64,000 nt of DNA, from the NCBI GenBank assembly GCA_033764315.1, contig JANRJA010000023.1, positions 1 to 64,000 on the forward strand. Direction: 5' to 3'. Source of the stretch: Oculatellaceae cyanobacterium bins.114. GTDB lineage: Bacteria; Cyanobacteriota; Cyanobacteriia; Elainellales; Elainellaceae. This document shows positions 1-9,920 of this stretch, one piece after another (the stretch's first letter is position 1; the number at the start of each line of letters is the position of its first letter). The translations under genes and the position numbers were made by a program. The notes under the pieces are model-generated. The model was not told the origin of the DNA. It saw only the letters and a list, made by a program, of their open reading frames with translations, and made no database searches.

Positions 1-95
1 GGCAAATCTTGCAAGGTTGACTCTAACGTCAAATTTGGTAAGACCGTATCAGTAAGAGCTGTAGCCGAGTAAGGGGTGACAGGCATAACAGGCAT
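1..95 (-). CDS. 5' fragment of a gene running off the window, possibly a cyanobacterial sensor/signalling protein
   Basis: Manual translation from ATG at 95: MPVMPVTPYSATALTDTVLPNLTLESTLQDL(P), open to the window edge. The LxLESTLQxLP motif is recalled from N-termini of cyanobacterial signalling proteins. Confidence 0.45.
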   Translation of the reverse strand, partial: MPVMPVTPYSATALTDTVLPNLTLESTLQDL

Positions 96-567
96 GATGG
101 TGATGTAGAAGATGAGTCAATCACGCAAGGTAGAGCAACGAAGCACCCCGATTATTTGAAAACTGGATGAATCCAGCTACTAATAACTATTGGTTAATCT
201 AAATTTAATCTTTTTAATCCTGGTTTAACCTTGATTATCAATGGATAAACTAAAGGCTTTTTTCAAAGAGTTTTCCTTAATCTTCAAACATGTTGAACAT
301 ATACAGAGATAAAGGATTTTGAACCAATAAGTCAATGCATTCAAGAAGATTTTATGAGAGCTTAAGAGTGAGTATCATAAACACAAAAAAAGTTGTGCGA
401 TCGCTCTATTTAGTAGCTTAATTCAAAAAAATTTTGGCAACTTTACTGACTTTCGATGAGGTGCTAAATAATACATTTCAAGTAGTCCTAAAAAAGTAAG
501 GATATGCTGCCGGAGCAGGGCATATCCTTACTCAAAAATCATTACTTTTAGAGGACTGCCATATTTC

Positions 568-598
568 ATACAGGGCTTAGTGTATTAAGCCCTGTATA
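568..598 (-). terminator. Hairpin downstream of leuS
   Basis: ATACAGGGCTTA-gtgtat-TAAGCCCTGTAT inverted repeat immediately after the leuS stop; a second hairpin lies at ~495-532. Confidence 0.55.
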
Positions 599-603
599 AG
601 GAA

Positions 604-3174
604 TTACGAGTTGATCACAAAGTTGACCAGTTTCCCTGGTACTACAATCACCTTTTTAATCTCTTTGTCAGCAATATATCGCTGTGCCAGTTCAGAGTTT
701 CGCGCGAGTTGTTCTAATGTTTGTTGATCGGCTTGGGCAGGCACCTGAATAGTTCCACGAGTCTTGCCCATGATTTGAATCACCAACGAAATTTCATCGA
801 CAACGAGCGCAGCCGGATCGTAAGTTGCCCAGGATTGTTGATGCACGGAGTCGCTGTGACCCAAGAGGTGCCACAGTTCTTCAGCAATATGAGGTGCGAA
901 TGGAGCCAGTAACTTCAGCAAAATTTCAATCCCTTCAGCATAGATGGGCGATCGCTTACAATCGGCATCGGTGAGCGCATTACTCAATTTCATTAACTCT
1001 GAGACAGCCGTATTGAACTGATACTCGCCCTCTAGATCCTCTGTGATTTGCTGGATCGCATAGTTAATGGCATAGCGCAACTCCTTCTCAGATTTGCTCA
1101 GTTGACCCGTTTGAGTTTGAGTAGCTGGTGCTGCGCTGAACTCAGTCACCAATCGCCAAACCCGGTTCAAAAAGCGGAACTGTCCTTCTACATCGGCTTC
1201 ATCCCACTCTAGATCCTTCTCAGGGGGTGCTTTGAACAAGATGAACATGCGGGCTGTATCAGCACCATATTTTTTAATGACCTCCTCTGGTGCTACCCCG
1301 TTGTACTTCGACTTCGACATCGTTTTGTAGGAAGAGACCAATGCCTCACCTGTCTCCGGATCTTTGGGATCGCTGGGATCGACCAGTGCTGAGGGAATCC
1401 ACTTTTCAGTTTGAGGGTTTTGATAGGTCAAGCCCTGCACCATACCCTGCGTCAATAACCGTTTAAAGGGTTCGTCAAAATTGAGCAAGCCGCGATCGCG
1501 CAACACCTTTGTAAAAAAGCGCGAGTACAACAAGTGCAAAATGGCGTGTTCAATGCCGCCAACATATTGATCCACAGGCATCCAAGTGTTTGTTTTGAGA
1601 GAATCAAACACTTGCTGTGGATTCTTAGCATCGGTATAGCGCAAGAAATACCACGATGAATCAATGAAAGTATCCATCGTATCGGTTTCACGTCGAGCTG
1701 CTGTGCCACAGGTTGGGCAAGGCACATTCAACCAATCCTCTAGTTTGGTTAAGGGAGAGGCTCCTCGTCCAGTGAGATCAATATCTTCAGGCAACACCAC
1801 AGGTAAACCTTCTGGAGGAACGGGCACAATCCCACAACTAGGGCAATGAATCACTGGAATGGGGCAACCCCAATAGCGTTGCCGTGAGATCAACCAATCG
1901 CGCAGACGATAGGTAATCGTGCCTTTGCCCTTGCCGTTTGCCTCTAGCCACTGCACGGCCGCTAAAACACTTTGTCCCTCACCTTTGCCTGCTGGGACTC
2001 CATCCAATGGCCCAGAATGCACCATCACCCCATCGTGGGGATAGGCTTCCGTCATGCTCTCTGGGTTGAGTTCTTGGTCAGCCGGTTGCACGACCACTTT
2101 GATCGGTAGATTGAACTTGCGGGCGAATGCAAAGTCACGCTGGTCGTGGGCTGGAACTGCCATGATTGCCCCAGTGCCATATTCCATCAAGACGTAGTCG
2201 GCAATCCAGATGGGTATCTTCTCGTCGTTGACCGGGTTAATGGCATAGCTTCCCGTCCATACTCCAGTTTTTTCTCGGTCTTCTGCCGTGCGATCGATTT
2301 CGCTCTGACCAGCAGCGGCGGCTTGATAGGCTTGAATCGCCTCTGCTTGCTCTGGGGCAGTCAGTTTAGGCACCAGTGGATGCTCTGGTGAGAGCACCAT
2401 AAAGGTTGCACCCCACAATGTATCAGGGCGCGTAGTAAAGACAGGCAACTCGTCTCCTGCTTCAGTTTTAAAGACGACCTGTGCTCCGGTTGATTTGCCA
2501 ATCCAGTTAGCTTGCATCAACTTTACCCGTTCAGGCCAGCCCTCCATTTGATCAAGATCGTTCAATAACTGCTCTGCATAGTCGGTGATCTTGAGGAACC
2601 ACTGTCGTAACAACCGCCGTTCGACGATCGCCCCCGATCGCCACGATCGCCCCTGACTATCGACCTGCTCATTTGCCAACACCGTCTGGTCAATCGGATC
2701 CCAGTTCACAGCGGCTTCTTTTTGGTATGCCAAACCTGCCTTAAAAAACTCTAAAAAGATCCACTGAGTCCAGTGATAATACTCTGGAGAACAGGTCGCT
2801 ACCTCACGATCCCAGTCGTAAGACAAGCCCAACCGCTTTAACTCAGACTTCATCTGAGCAATGTTTTGATAAGTCCACTTGGCAGGCGGAATGCCCCGAT
2901 CGATCGCCGCATTTTCGGCAGGCAAGCCAAAGGCATCCCACCCCATTGGGTGTAACACCCGATAGCCTTGCATGCGATGGGAGCGGGCAATCACATCCGT
3001 AATGGTGTAGTTGCGGACGTGCCCCATGTGTAGGTTGCCCGATGGATAGGGAAACATGGACAGGGCATAATATTTGGGCTTGTCGCTGCTTTCATCTGCT
3101 TTGTCTAGCCCTTGCTCAGCCCAGATTTGCTGCCATTTTTCCTCGATCGCTGCGGGGTTATAACGGGACTCCAC
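604..3174 (-). CDS. leuS: Leucyl-tRNA ligase
   Basis: HMGH (HIGH) motif, MSKSK (KMSKS) motif, TTRPDT editing-domain motif, [11 protein letters not shown]. Confidence 0.98.
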   Translation of the reverse strand: MESRYNPAAIEEKWQQIWAEQGLDKADESSDKPKYYALSMFPYPSGNLHMGHVRNYTITDVIARSHRMQGYRVLHPMGWDAFGLPAENAAIDRGIPPAKWTYQNIAQMKSELKRLGLSYDWDREVATCSPEYYHWTQWIFLEFFKAGLAYQKEAAVNWDPIDQTVLANEQVDSQGRSWRSGAIVERRLLRQWFLKITDYAEQLLNDLDQMEGWPERVKLMQANWIGKSTGAQVVFKTEAGDELPVFTTRPDTLWGATFMVLSPEHPLVPKLTAPEQAEAIQAYQAAAAGQSEIDRTAEDREKTGVWTGSYAINPVNDEKIPIWIADYVLMEYGTGAIMAVPAHDQRDFAFARKFNLPIKVVVQPADQELNPESMTEAYPHDGVMVHSGPLDGVPAGKGEGQSVLAAVQWLEANGKGKGTITYRLRDWLISRQRYWGCPIPVIHCPSCGIVPVPPEGLPVVLPEDIDLTGRGASPLTKLEDWLNVPCPTCGTAARRETDTMDTFIDSSWYFLRYTDAKNPQQVFDSLKTNTWMPVDQYVGGIEHAILHLLYSRFFTKVLRDRGLLNFDEPFKRLLTQGMVQGLTYQNPQTEKWIPSALVDPSDPKDPETGEALVSSYKTMSKSKYNGVAPEEVIKKYGADTARMFILFKAPPEKDLEWDEADVEGQFRFLNRVWRLVTEFSAAPATQTQTGQLSKSEKELRYAINYAIQQITEDLEGEYQFNTAVSELMKLSNALTDADCKRSPIYAEGIEILLKLLAPFAPHIAEELWHLLGHSDSVHQQSWATYDPAALVVDEISLVIQIMGKTRGTIQVPAQADQQTLEQLARNSELAQRYIADKEIKKVIVVPGKLVNFVINS

Positions 3175-3340
3175 GGACGCAACTCCTTTCGGTAACAGGG
3201 TTTGTTTCCCATTCTAAAGTTTCGTTGCTCTAAATAGCTAATCCGTCAGGATGGGGATTGAACCAGTGAGAGGGTGTAGGGGCGTGAGGGTATAAGGGGT
3301 AACTCCATCACCTCATCCCCCTATCACCTCTTGCAATAAT

Positions 3341-3366
3341 GTACAGACGCGATTAGTCGCGTCTCT
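3341..3366. repeat. GTAG-type REP-like short palindrome
   Basis: gtacAGACGCGA-ttag-TCGCGTCT; related hairpins at 3881-3906, 61410-61437 and 62780-62807. Confidence 0.6.
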
Positions 3367-3453
3367 TCACTCCCTTCATCTCCCGATTAGCCTTGACTCC
3401 TGACGAATGACCCTTGACCATTAACTATTGACGACTCAGCCTCTAGCCTCTTT

Positions 3454-3873
3454 ATGACCTCTACTCTGCTCTCTGTCTTTGTTTATGGAACGTTGAAACC
3501 GGGAGGCTTTTATTACAAACAATATTGTGAAGGACGGGTTGTGGCGAGTTATGAGGCGATCGCCTTGGGTCAACTCTATGATCTGCCATTGGGGTATCCA
3601 GCGATGACAACAGGCAACGATCCCGTTAGGGGATACGTCCTGGAGTTTAATCAGCCTGAGGTGTTACAGGATTTAGACGAACTGGAGGGATACGATCCCC
3701 AGCGATCGCCCGACCAAAACGAATATGAGCGGGTCTGGGTTGAGGTGTTTGATCGCGATCGCCACTCTCTCGGCTTTGCCTGGACTTATGTGATGACAAC
3801 AGAACAAGCCCTGTCACTAGGGGGCGTGTTATTGCCTCAAGGTGTTTGGATCTGTAATCAACCAATTGTTTAA
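3454..3873 (+). CDS. Gamma-glutamylcyclotransferase (AIG2/YtfP-like) family protein
   Basis: FVYGTLKPG, YPAM, LDELEG and YER motifs. Confidence 0.9.
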   Translation: MTSTLLSVFVYGTLKPGGFYYKQYCEGRVVASYEAIALGQLYDLPLGYPAMTTGNDPVRGYVLEFNQPEVLQDLDELEGYDPQRSPDQNEYERVWVEVFDRDRHSLGFAWTYVMTTEQALSLGGVLLPQGVWICNQPIV

Positions 3874-3931
3874 AGCCAACTAGAGGCGCGGTATTTCACG
3901 CCTCTAGGCAAAGATTCAGCAAAGACGAAGA

Positions 3932-4516
3932 CTAGCGAATCTCAGTGGGAGATTGATACAACATGATTTGAGGTGACTCAAGCGGCTCTGAAACCGTTGC
4001 TTTGGGAATCTCAATCAAAGGTTGATCGAGAGCAATCATCAAAGCATCAGACGATACATCGGGTTGAGCAGGTGGCTCAACCGCTACTTGATGGCTAGGT
4101 GCCAGTGAAGGGGCAAAACTTGAGAAGACCCCAACAAACAGAGCAGCGATCGCCACTCCACCCCACGCCATCACAAAGCGTTGCCGACGATTGAGTTGGT
4201 CAAACACCCGTTGAGTCACCTGCTCGGCGGGCTGTTCAGCCACAGGAATCGGCAGGGTTCGCATGGCCTGACGGAGCTTCAACAATCTTGAATAAAGCTG
4301 CTGCACAGATGGGTCAGTATCAAGCCACTGCTCAATCTGACGACGCTCAGACGCCGTAACTTCACCGTCGAGATAGGCACTTAATAATTCAAAGCGATCG
4401 CGCTTTAAGCTGTCTAGCATAGTGTCAGATGGAGATGCACTTGAGCTGTGGTCAGTAGATGCATCGTTAGAGGATAGCCGTTGCAAGTTATTACGCGAAT
4501 TAAGGTTGGGAGTCAT
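3932..4516 (-). CDS. Membrane-anchored anti-sigma factor, partner of the adjacent ECF sigma
   Basis: DRFELLSAYLDGEVT motif, one TM helix, located directly downstream of the ECF sigma gene. Confidence 0.85.
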   Translation of the reverse strand: MTPNLNSRNNLQRLSSNDASTDHSSSASPSDTMLDSLKRDRFELLSAYLDGEVTASERRQIEQWLDTDPSVQQLYSRLLKLRQAMRTLPIPVAEQPAEQVTQRVFDQLNRRQRFVMAWGGVAIAALFVGVFSSFAPSLAPSHQVAVEPPAQPDVSSDALMIALDQPLIEIPKATVSEPLESPQIMLYQSPTEIR

Positions 4517-4748
4517 TTTTGCAATGAGCAGAATTGAATCACAAAGTCAATGACTAGGATGCAATGTAGGATCGATTCCATACATCTACTAGCATGATCA
4601 TAAAGGATGCCACCAAAGACGGATAGTGTATCCGACCCCACCCTTAGCCAAAGTCATCTTCTGATGTCAGTAAAGCCTCAAATCTTACAGCGCACCCAAA
4701 AAGTTAGAGGATCTGCTACTGAACTCTACCCAATAGATTACCCAAACT

Positions 4749-5405
4749 CTACTGACCATCCAAATAATTTTGGAGTTGAGATTGTAAACGCTGACGCGCC
4801 CTGGCAATGCGAGATTTCACAGTCCCCAGCGAAACCCCTGTAATTTCAGCGATTTCTTCGTAAGCCATCCCTTCAATCTCACGCAGCACAATAGTAGTTC
4901 TGAAGACCTCAGGCAGATCGGCGATCGCCTCTCGCAATTGGTCATAAAACTCGTGTGTCATCAACTTTTCAGTTGGACCAGGATCATCACAAGCGATTTC
5001 CCAATCCATCTCACCATCGTCTACCGTTCGAGGTGCATCCAATGAGAGTGGACTGTTCACCCGCTTTCGTTTCCGCAACTCGTCGTAGAACAGGTTTGTC
5101 GCGATTCGACTTAGCCAGCCTCTAAACTTGGCTGGTTCCTGTAAACGTCGAACGTTGCGGTAAACTCGAATCCAAACTTCTTGTGCCAGATCTGCCCGGT
5201 CTGACCAATCAGGGGCAAGGTGATATAACACCTTTTCAACGTGAGACTGATAACGGCGCAGCAACTCCGAAAAGGCGTCGCGTGCAGGTCGCATTTCAGT
5301 CTGACACTGCAAGATCAAGTCATAGTTTGAGAGTTTCTCAGGCTGCACATTGGTCAAGGCGGGATTCGCCTCTGGTGACCACGGTGTCGTAAGAGATTGA
5401 CTCAT
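4749..5405 (-). CDS. sigG: ECF (group 4) RNA polymerase sigma factor, SigG type
   Basis: DLAQEVWIRVYRN, FRGWLSRIATN, YEEIAEITGVSLGTVKSRIARAR. Start placed at MSQSL (5405), below the ECF promoter. Confidence 0.9.
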   Translation of the reverse strand: MSQSLTTPWSPEANPALTNVQPEKLSNYDLILQCQTEMRPARDAFSELLRRYQSHVEKVLYHLAPDWSDRADLAQEVWIRVYRNVRRLQEPAKFRGWLSRIATNLFYDELRKRKRVNSPLSLDAPRTVDDGEMDWEIACDDPGPTEKLMTHEFYDQLREAIADLPEVFRTTIVLREIEGMAYEEIAEITGVSLGTVKSRIARARQRLQSQLQNYLDGQ

Positions 5406-5439
5406 GGGCAGGGCTTGACTAGGAGTGGTTCCGTCTCTG

Positions 5440-5467
5440 AATGACGCTGGCATGTCTGAAAAGTTCC
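5440..5467 (-). promoter_or_regulatory. ECF-type autoregulatory promoter GGAAC-N17-GTCA upstream of sigG
   Basis: Minus strand reads GGAAC ttttcagacatgccagc GTCATT, about 35 nt above the ATG at 5405. Confidence 0.65.
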
Positions 5468-5779
5468 TACGATACGGCAATGATTCAACGACTCACCTAG
5501 CTCAGTGGTTAGAAGTAATGAGCATAAATTAGGATGAGTGGCACAGCCAGAAAAGTTGGCGTTGGTTTAAAGGAAGGAGTTCAGTAGAGCTACTGTCACA
5601 ATGCTTAAGAGTGATTCACTTCCTTCAAAGGCTTATACCCTGAGACGCTTACAATGTATCGTCAGCCTCTAACTTTTGGAGTCATCCTGTAGGACGGTTT
5701 TTGATTTGCCCACTTCTGTCACATAGGCGGAACAGTTATAAAGATTTAAGAATTAGAGCAGTGGGATGGGGATGGGAGA

Positions 5780-5903
5780 GTTTTGAGTTTAGAGTTTAGA
5801 GTTTTGAGTTTAGAGTTTAGAGTTTTGAGTTTAGAGTTTAGAGTTTTGAGTTTTGAGTTTTGGGTTTTGAGTTTTGAGTTTTGAGTTTTGAGTTTTGAGT
5901 TTT
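5780..5903. repeat. Heptamer short tandem repeat (STRR-like), TTTTGAG/TTTAGAG units
   Basis: About 17 visible tandem 7-mers. Confidence 0.95.
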
Positions 5904-5934
5904 GGGGCTTGAGGGGGTGGATGAGTGGATGGGT

Positions 5935-6136
5935 GTACCAATTCAACCAATAACGGTTACAAATCAGCGGTAGGGGTGTTGGCGTTGCTGAATGCAAGTA
6001 TGATTTCCCTCATCCTTAGCCATTCTCTTTGGGGAGAAAGGAGCTAGAATCCGCTTCCCTTGCCCTTTGGGAGAGGGTGAGGGTGAGGGCGGCACAAGGA
6101 TATTGATGGGTAGCCCAGATTTCTGGAAATGGTATG
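5935..6136. repeat. Degenerate MITE/REP-like element
   Basis: Imperfect short inverted ends TACCAATTC ... GAAATGGTA, with an internal CCCTTTGGGAGAGGGTGAGGGTGAGGG motif typical of cyanobacterial dispersed repeats. Confidence 0.35.
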
Positions 6137-6200
6137 GACGAGTCAGTTTTCCATCGACCTATGACCCCATGACTGAATTGCGAACGAGATAATAACGAAA

Positions 6201-9149
6201 GTGGCAGGTGAAGACAGAATGCTAATAGAAGTCTGGGGAGTTCTGCTAATTTTCGTGGTGTGCCCGATTTTGGGTGGGTTGCCTTTAATTGCTTGGATTA
6301 CACAAGGGTTGACTGGACGAAGGCTCGACCGCTTGGGAACCCGTAATGTTAGCGTTTCAGCCGCTTTTTATCACGGGGGACAGGTCGTTGGCGTGTTGGC
6401 GGTGTTGTCAGAAGCCTTTAAGGGCATTGCCGCTGTACTGCTCGCCCGATTGTTTTTTCCGCATAACCCCGCCTGGGAAATCGTGGCTTTGATTTCGCTA
6501 GTATTGGGGCGATATTGGATGAGTCGAGGGGCGGGCACCACCAATGTGGTGTGGGGTTACGTTACCCATGATTGGGTGAGTGCTGGGTTGCTATTTATCA
6601 TTAGCAGCATTAGCTTCACGATTTTGCGAGAACGTCAGTTAGGACGCTTGGGGGTGTTGGTCTTGCTGCCTTTGATCACCGTGCTGCGGCATCCTCATGA
6701 TGGGGGTCTCTTTGGTACGACGATTGTGTTGAGTATGTTACTCGCCGCGATTTATCGTAAGATTCCAGACGATCTAGATTTGCCAACGGATACGGCTCAA
6801 GGAAGTTCTCGTCAGATGTTTCGATTTTTTCGGGGCGATCGCGCTATTCTCACGTTGGATCAACCGCTGCACGCGGATAAAGTGGGGGCAAAATCTGCCA
6901 CTCTAGCACAACTCAAACGCTGGGGCTATCCGGTGCCGATGGGGTGGGTATTGCCACCAGGGGATGACCCCGCACCATTGATTGAGTTGCTCTATCCCAC
7001 ACCCGATGATCCTTTAGTTGTGCGATCATCGGCGATCGGTGAAGACAGTGATACGGCATCTGCGGCGGGCATTTATGAGTCGATTCTCGATGTCACCAGC
7101 AAGCCTTTGTTAGAACAGGCGATCGCCCGTTGTCAGATGTCTTATAACCGTCCTGCAGGGGTGCAATATCGGCGCAGTCACCACTCTGAAGAAGGGGGTA
7201 TGGCCGTATTGGTGCAACATCAAGTCAAGAGTGTGTTTTCGGGAGTGGCGTTTAGCCGCGATCCCATTACTCGGCAGGGTGAAGCAGTCGTGATTGAGGC
7301 GTTGCCAGGAGCCGCTAGTCAGGTCGTGTCTGGACGATTTACGCCAGAACAATATCGCGTCTGGATCCATCAAAACGATGCCCCCAGCATGACAGCCGTA
7401 GATCAACCTGAAAGCTGGGTTTTACCAGATGCGGTGGAGTTGAGCATTGAGGGTGAGGGAGATGTGCCACCCCGGTTAATTCAACAAATTGCCTATCTGA
7501 CTCGTCATTTAGAAGCCCATTATCACGGGGTGCCTCAAGATATTGAGTGGAGCTATGACGGGCAACACATCTGGTTGTTGCAATGTCGCCCAATTACAAC
7601 CCTATTGCCGATCTGGACGCGCAAAATTGCAGCTGAAGTGATCCCTGGTTTTATTCGTCCGCTCACCTGGTCGATCAACCGACCGCTGACCTGTGGTGTG
7701 TGGGGAGACTTGTTTACGCTCGTGTTGGGCAACCGGGCTAAGGGGTTAAACTTTGCCGAAACTGCCACCTTGCATTACTCCGCTGCTTATTTCAATGCGT
7801 CTCTATTGGGGCAATTATTTCGCCGCATGGGGCTGCCACCTGAAAGTTTAGAATTTTTGACACGAGGGGCAAAATTTAGCAAACCCCCGATCGCCTCGAC
7901 CTTGCGAAACGTGCCAGGGTTAATGCGATTGGTGTTGCGAGAACTCGATCTCGATCGTGACTTTAGTCGAGACAATCGCAAACACTTTTTGCCATTGTTA
8001 ACCGATCTAGAGCGTGAGCTGCCTTCAGATCTGACTCCAACTGACTTGTTAAGACGCATTGAGCGGATTCTATCGGCGTTGCACCGAGCGACTTACTACA
8101 GCATTATGTCGCCGCTGAGTCTGGCACTGCGACAGGCATTGTTTAAGGTGCCAGCCACCAAGTTAGACAACAGCCAAACCCCTGAAGTGGCTGCGATGCG
8201 ATCGCTGCAATCTCTGGCAACAGCAGCCCGCTCTTTGGTGCCAAATGTAGATGACTTGAGTCAGCACCGCTCGACCATCTTTGCGGCTCTGGCAGAGAAT
8301 CCTGATGGGCAAGCGGTGTTGCGCCAGTTGGATGAGTTTTTAGAGCAATATGGCTATTTGAGTGAAGTGGGTACTGATATTGCCGTTCCGACTTGGCGAG
8401 AAGACCCTAAAACAATCCGAGAACAGTTTGTGCAATGTCTGTTTAACCCAACTCCGTTGCCCCCGACCAAACGCAAATCACTCAACCCACAAGTGCGGCG
8501 GGTGCAACATCGCCTCAATCTCAAGGCACGAGTGACCACCGTATATAGCCGCTTGTTAGCTGAGTTGCGCTGGAGTTTTATCGCTCTTGAAAAATATTGG
8601 CTAAACGCTGGAGATCTAAAGCAGACAGACGATATCTTTTTTCTCACCTTTGATGAGATCCAACGGGTGATTCAAACAGACGCTCGAATCAATGACCCCT
8701 TGTTGCAGCAGATTGAGCAGCGGCGATCGCAGTTTGAGCAAGACCGCACGGCCGCTAAAGTGCCTGCGTTGGTCTATGGCAATACACCTCCCCGTATCCG
8801 CTCTATGCCCCCCTCAACGACCTCTTCATCGCGACGGTTGCAGGGGATCGGGGCAAGCCCTGGGCAAATTGAAGGGCGAGTGCTGATAGCACAAACGATG
8901 GAGCAAGGCTCTGCTGTAGATCAGGACACTATTCTGGTTGTGCCCTATACCGATTCGGGGTGGTCGCCGTTGTTGGCTCGTGCGGGGGGGCTGATTGCCG
9001 AAGTCGGGGGACGGTTATCACATGGGGCGATCGTTGCTCGTGAATATGGCATTCCGGCAGTGATGGATATTCACGATGCGACGCAGATCTTCCACAATGG
9101 GCAACGAGTCCGCATTGATGGAGAGACGGGGATCGTGGAGATGCTTTAA
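6201..9149 (+). CDS. Fusion of a PlsY-like glycerol-3-phosphate acyltransferase membrane domain with PEP/pyruvate-binding (ATP-grasp) and PEP-utilising phosphohistidine domains
   Basis: N-terminus: multi-TM with GTRNVSVSAAF and SEAFKG (PlsY-like motifs). Middle: VGAKSATLAQL, VVRSSAIGEDS, DIEW, LLQCRPIT. C-terminus: GIGASPG and EVGGRLSHGAIVAREYGIPAV with the catalytic His. Confidence 0.88.
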   Translation: MAGEDRMLIEVWGVLLIFVVCPILGGLPLIAWITQGLTGRRLDRLGTRNVSVSAAFYHGGQVVGVLAVLSEAFKGIAAVLLARLFFPHNPAWEIVALISLVLGRYWMSRGAGTTNVVWGYVTHDWVSAGLLFIISSISFTILRERQLGRLGVLVLLPLITVLRHPHDGGLFGTTIVLSMLLAAIYRKIPDDLDLPTDTAQGSSRQMFRFFRGDRAILTLDQPLHADKVGAKSATLAQLKRWGYPVPMGWVLPPGDDPAPLIELLYPTPDDPLVVRSSAIGEDSDTASAAGIYESILDVTSKPLLEQAIARCQMSYNRPAGVQYRRSHHSEEGGMAVLVQHQVKSVFSGVAFSRDPITRQGEAVVIEALPGAASQVVSGRFTPEQYRVWIHQNDAPSMTAVDQPESWVLPDAVELSIEGEGDVPPRLIQQIAYLTRHLEAHYHGVPQDIEWSYDGQHIWLLQCRPITTLLPIWTRKIAAEVIPGFIRPLTWSINRPLTCGVWGDLFTLVLGNRAKGLNFAETATLHYSAAYFNASLLGQLFRRMGLPPESLEFLTRGAKFSKPPIASTLRNVPGLMRLVLRELDLDRDFSRDNRKHFLPLLTDLERELPSDLTPTDLLRRIERILSALHRATYYSIMSPLSLALRQALFKVPATKLDNSQTPEVAAMRSLQSLATAARSLVPNVDDLSQHRSTIFAALAENPDGQAVLRQLDEFLEQYGYLSEVGTDIAVPTWREDPKTIREQFVQCLFNPTPLPPTKRKSLNPQVRRVQHRLNLKARVTTVYSRLLAELRWSFIALEKYWLNAGDLKQTDDIFFLTFDEIQRVIQTDARINDPLLQQIEQRRSQFEQDRTAAKVPALVYGNTPPRIRSMPPSTTSSSRRLQGIGASPGQIEGRVLIAQTMEQGSAVDQDTILVVPYTDSGWSPLLARAGGLIAEVGGRLSHGAIVAREYGIPAVMDIHDATQIFHNGQRVRIDGETGIVEML

Positions 9150-9167
9150 TTTAATTACTCGACGAGA

Positions 9168-9629
9168 ATGAGTGTGCTGATTTACTTGGATGTGTGCTGC
9201 TTAAATCGTCCATTTGACGATCTCACTCAAGAACGAGTTAGGTTGGAATCTGAGGCTGTTTTACTTATTTTAGGTCGCTGTCAACGTGGAGAATGGCAAT
9301 TAATAGGAAGTGAAGCGATCGCCCTTGAGATCAACCAAACTCGTGACTTAGAGCGGAAATCTCAGCTTCGAGCATTAGCAGCTTTATCAACCCTAACAGT
9401 TACTGTTAATGAATCCATTGAGCTTCGAGCTGGATTGTTTGTACAGCAAGGGTTAGGAACATTTGATGCGTTGCATTTAGCCTGTGCAGAAGCCGGTCGA
9501 GCAACAGTGCTGCTGACGACAGATGATTGATTGATACGTTGGGCAAGACGGCAACCCGATATGTTACAAGTGAGGATATCGAATCCGGTGATGTGGTTAT
9601 TGGAGGCGACAACCGATGCAGATTCATGA
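9168..9629 (+). pseudogene. PIN-domain (VapC-like) toxin interrupted by an in-frame TGA at 9528-9530
   Basis: IYLDVCCLNRPFDD, FDALHLACAE, then LLTTDD*. The frame continues LIRWARRQPDMLQVRISNPVMWLLEATTDADS* to 9629, overlapping the next ATG. Confidence 0.75.
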
Positions 9630-9819
9630 ATTGAATCCAGTGCAACTGCGGCAAAAGGGAATTGAAGCACTGGTGCAAGCGTTGGGTGCAGTAGGGATGG
9701 TGCGGTTTTTGCAGCAGTTTGAGCAGGGCACTGGAGACTATACCCGCGATCGCCAAGCCATGCTGACTGGCATTACTTTAGACGATGCGATCGCTCAAAT
9801 TAAACAAGCCCGTGAGTGA
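9616..9819 (+). CDS. Small putative antitoxin partner of the PIN protein
   Basis: GIEALVQALGAVGMVRFLQQFEQGTGDYTRDR motif, typical of small proteins paired with this PIN family; overlaps the read-through PIN stop. Confidence 0.75.
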   Translation: MQIHELNPVQLRQKGIEALVQALGAVGMVRFLQQFEQGTGDYTRDRQAMLTGITLDDAIAQIKQARE

Positions 9820-9872
9820 GCAAACCCAGCATTACAAGCCAAAACCCTATCACTCTCCTCCTACCTGACAAT

Positions 9873-9916
9873 TTAGAACTTAAAACTTAAAACTTAAAAC
9901 TCAAAACTTAAAACTC
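9873..9916. repeat. Heptamer tandem repeat AAAACTT/AAAACTC
   Basis: About 6 tandem units; reverse complement of the 5780-5903 unit family. Confidence 0.9.
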
Positions 9917-9920
9917 TCCC

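Noticed and set aside
5746..5997. 83-aa ORF with (NSKLKTQ/L)n
   Set aside because: It is simply the translation of the heptamer tandem repeat; no RBS or domain evidence.
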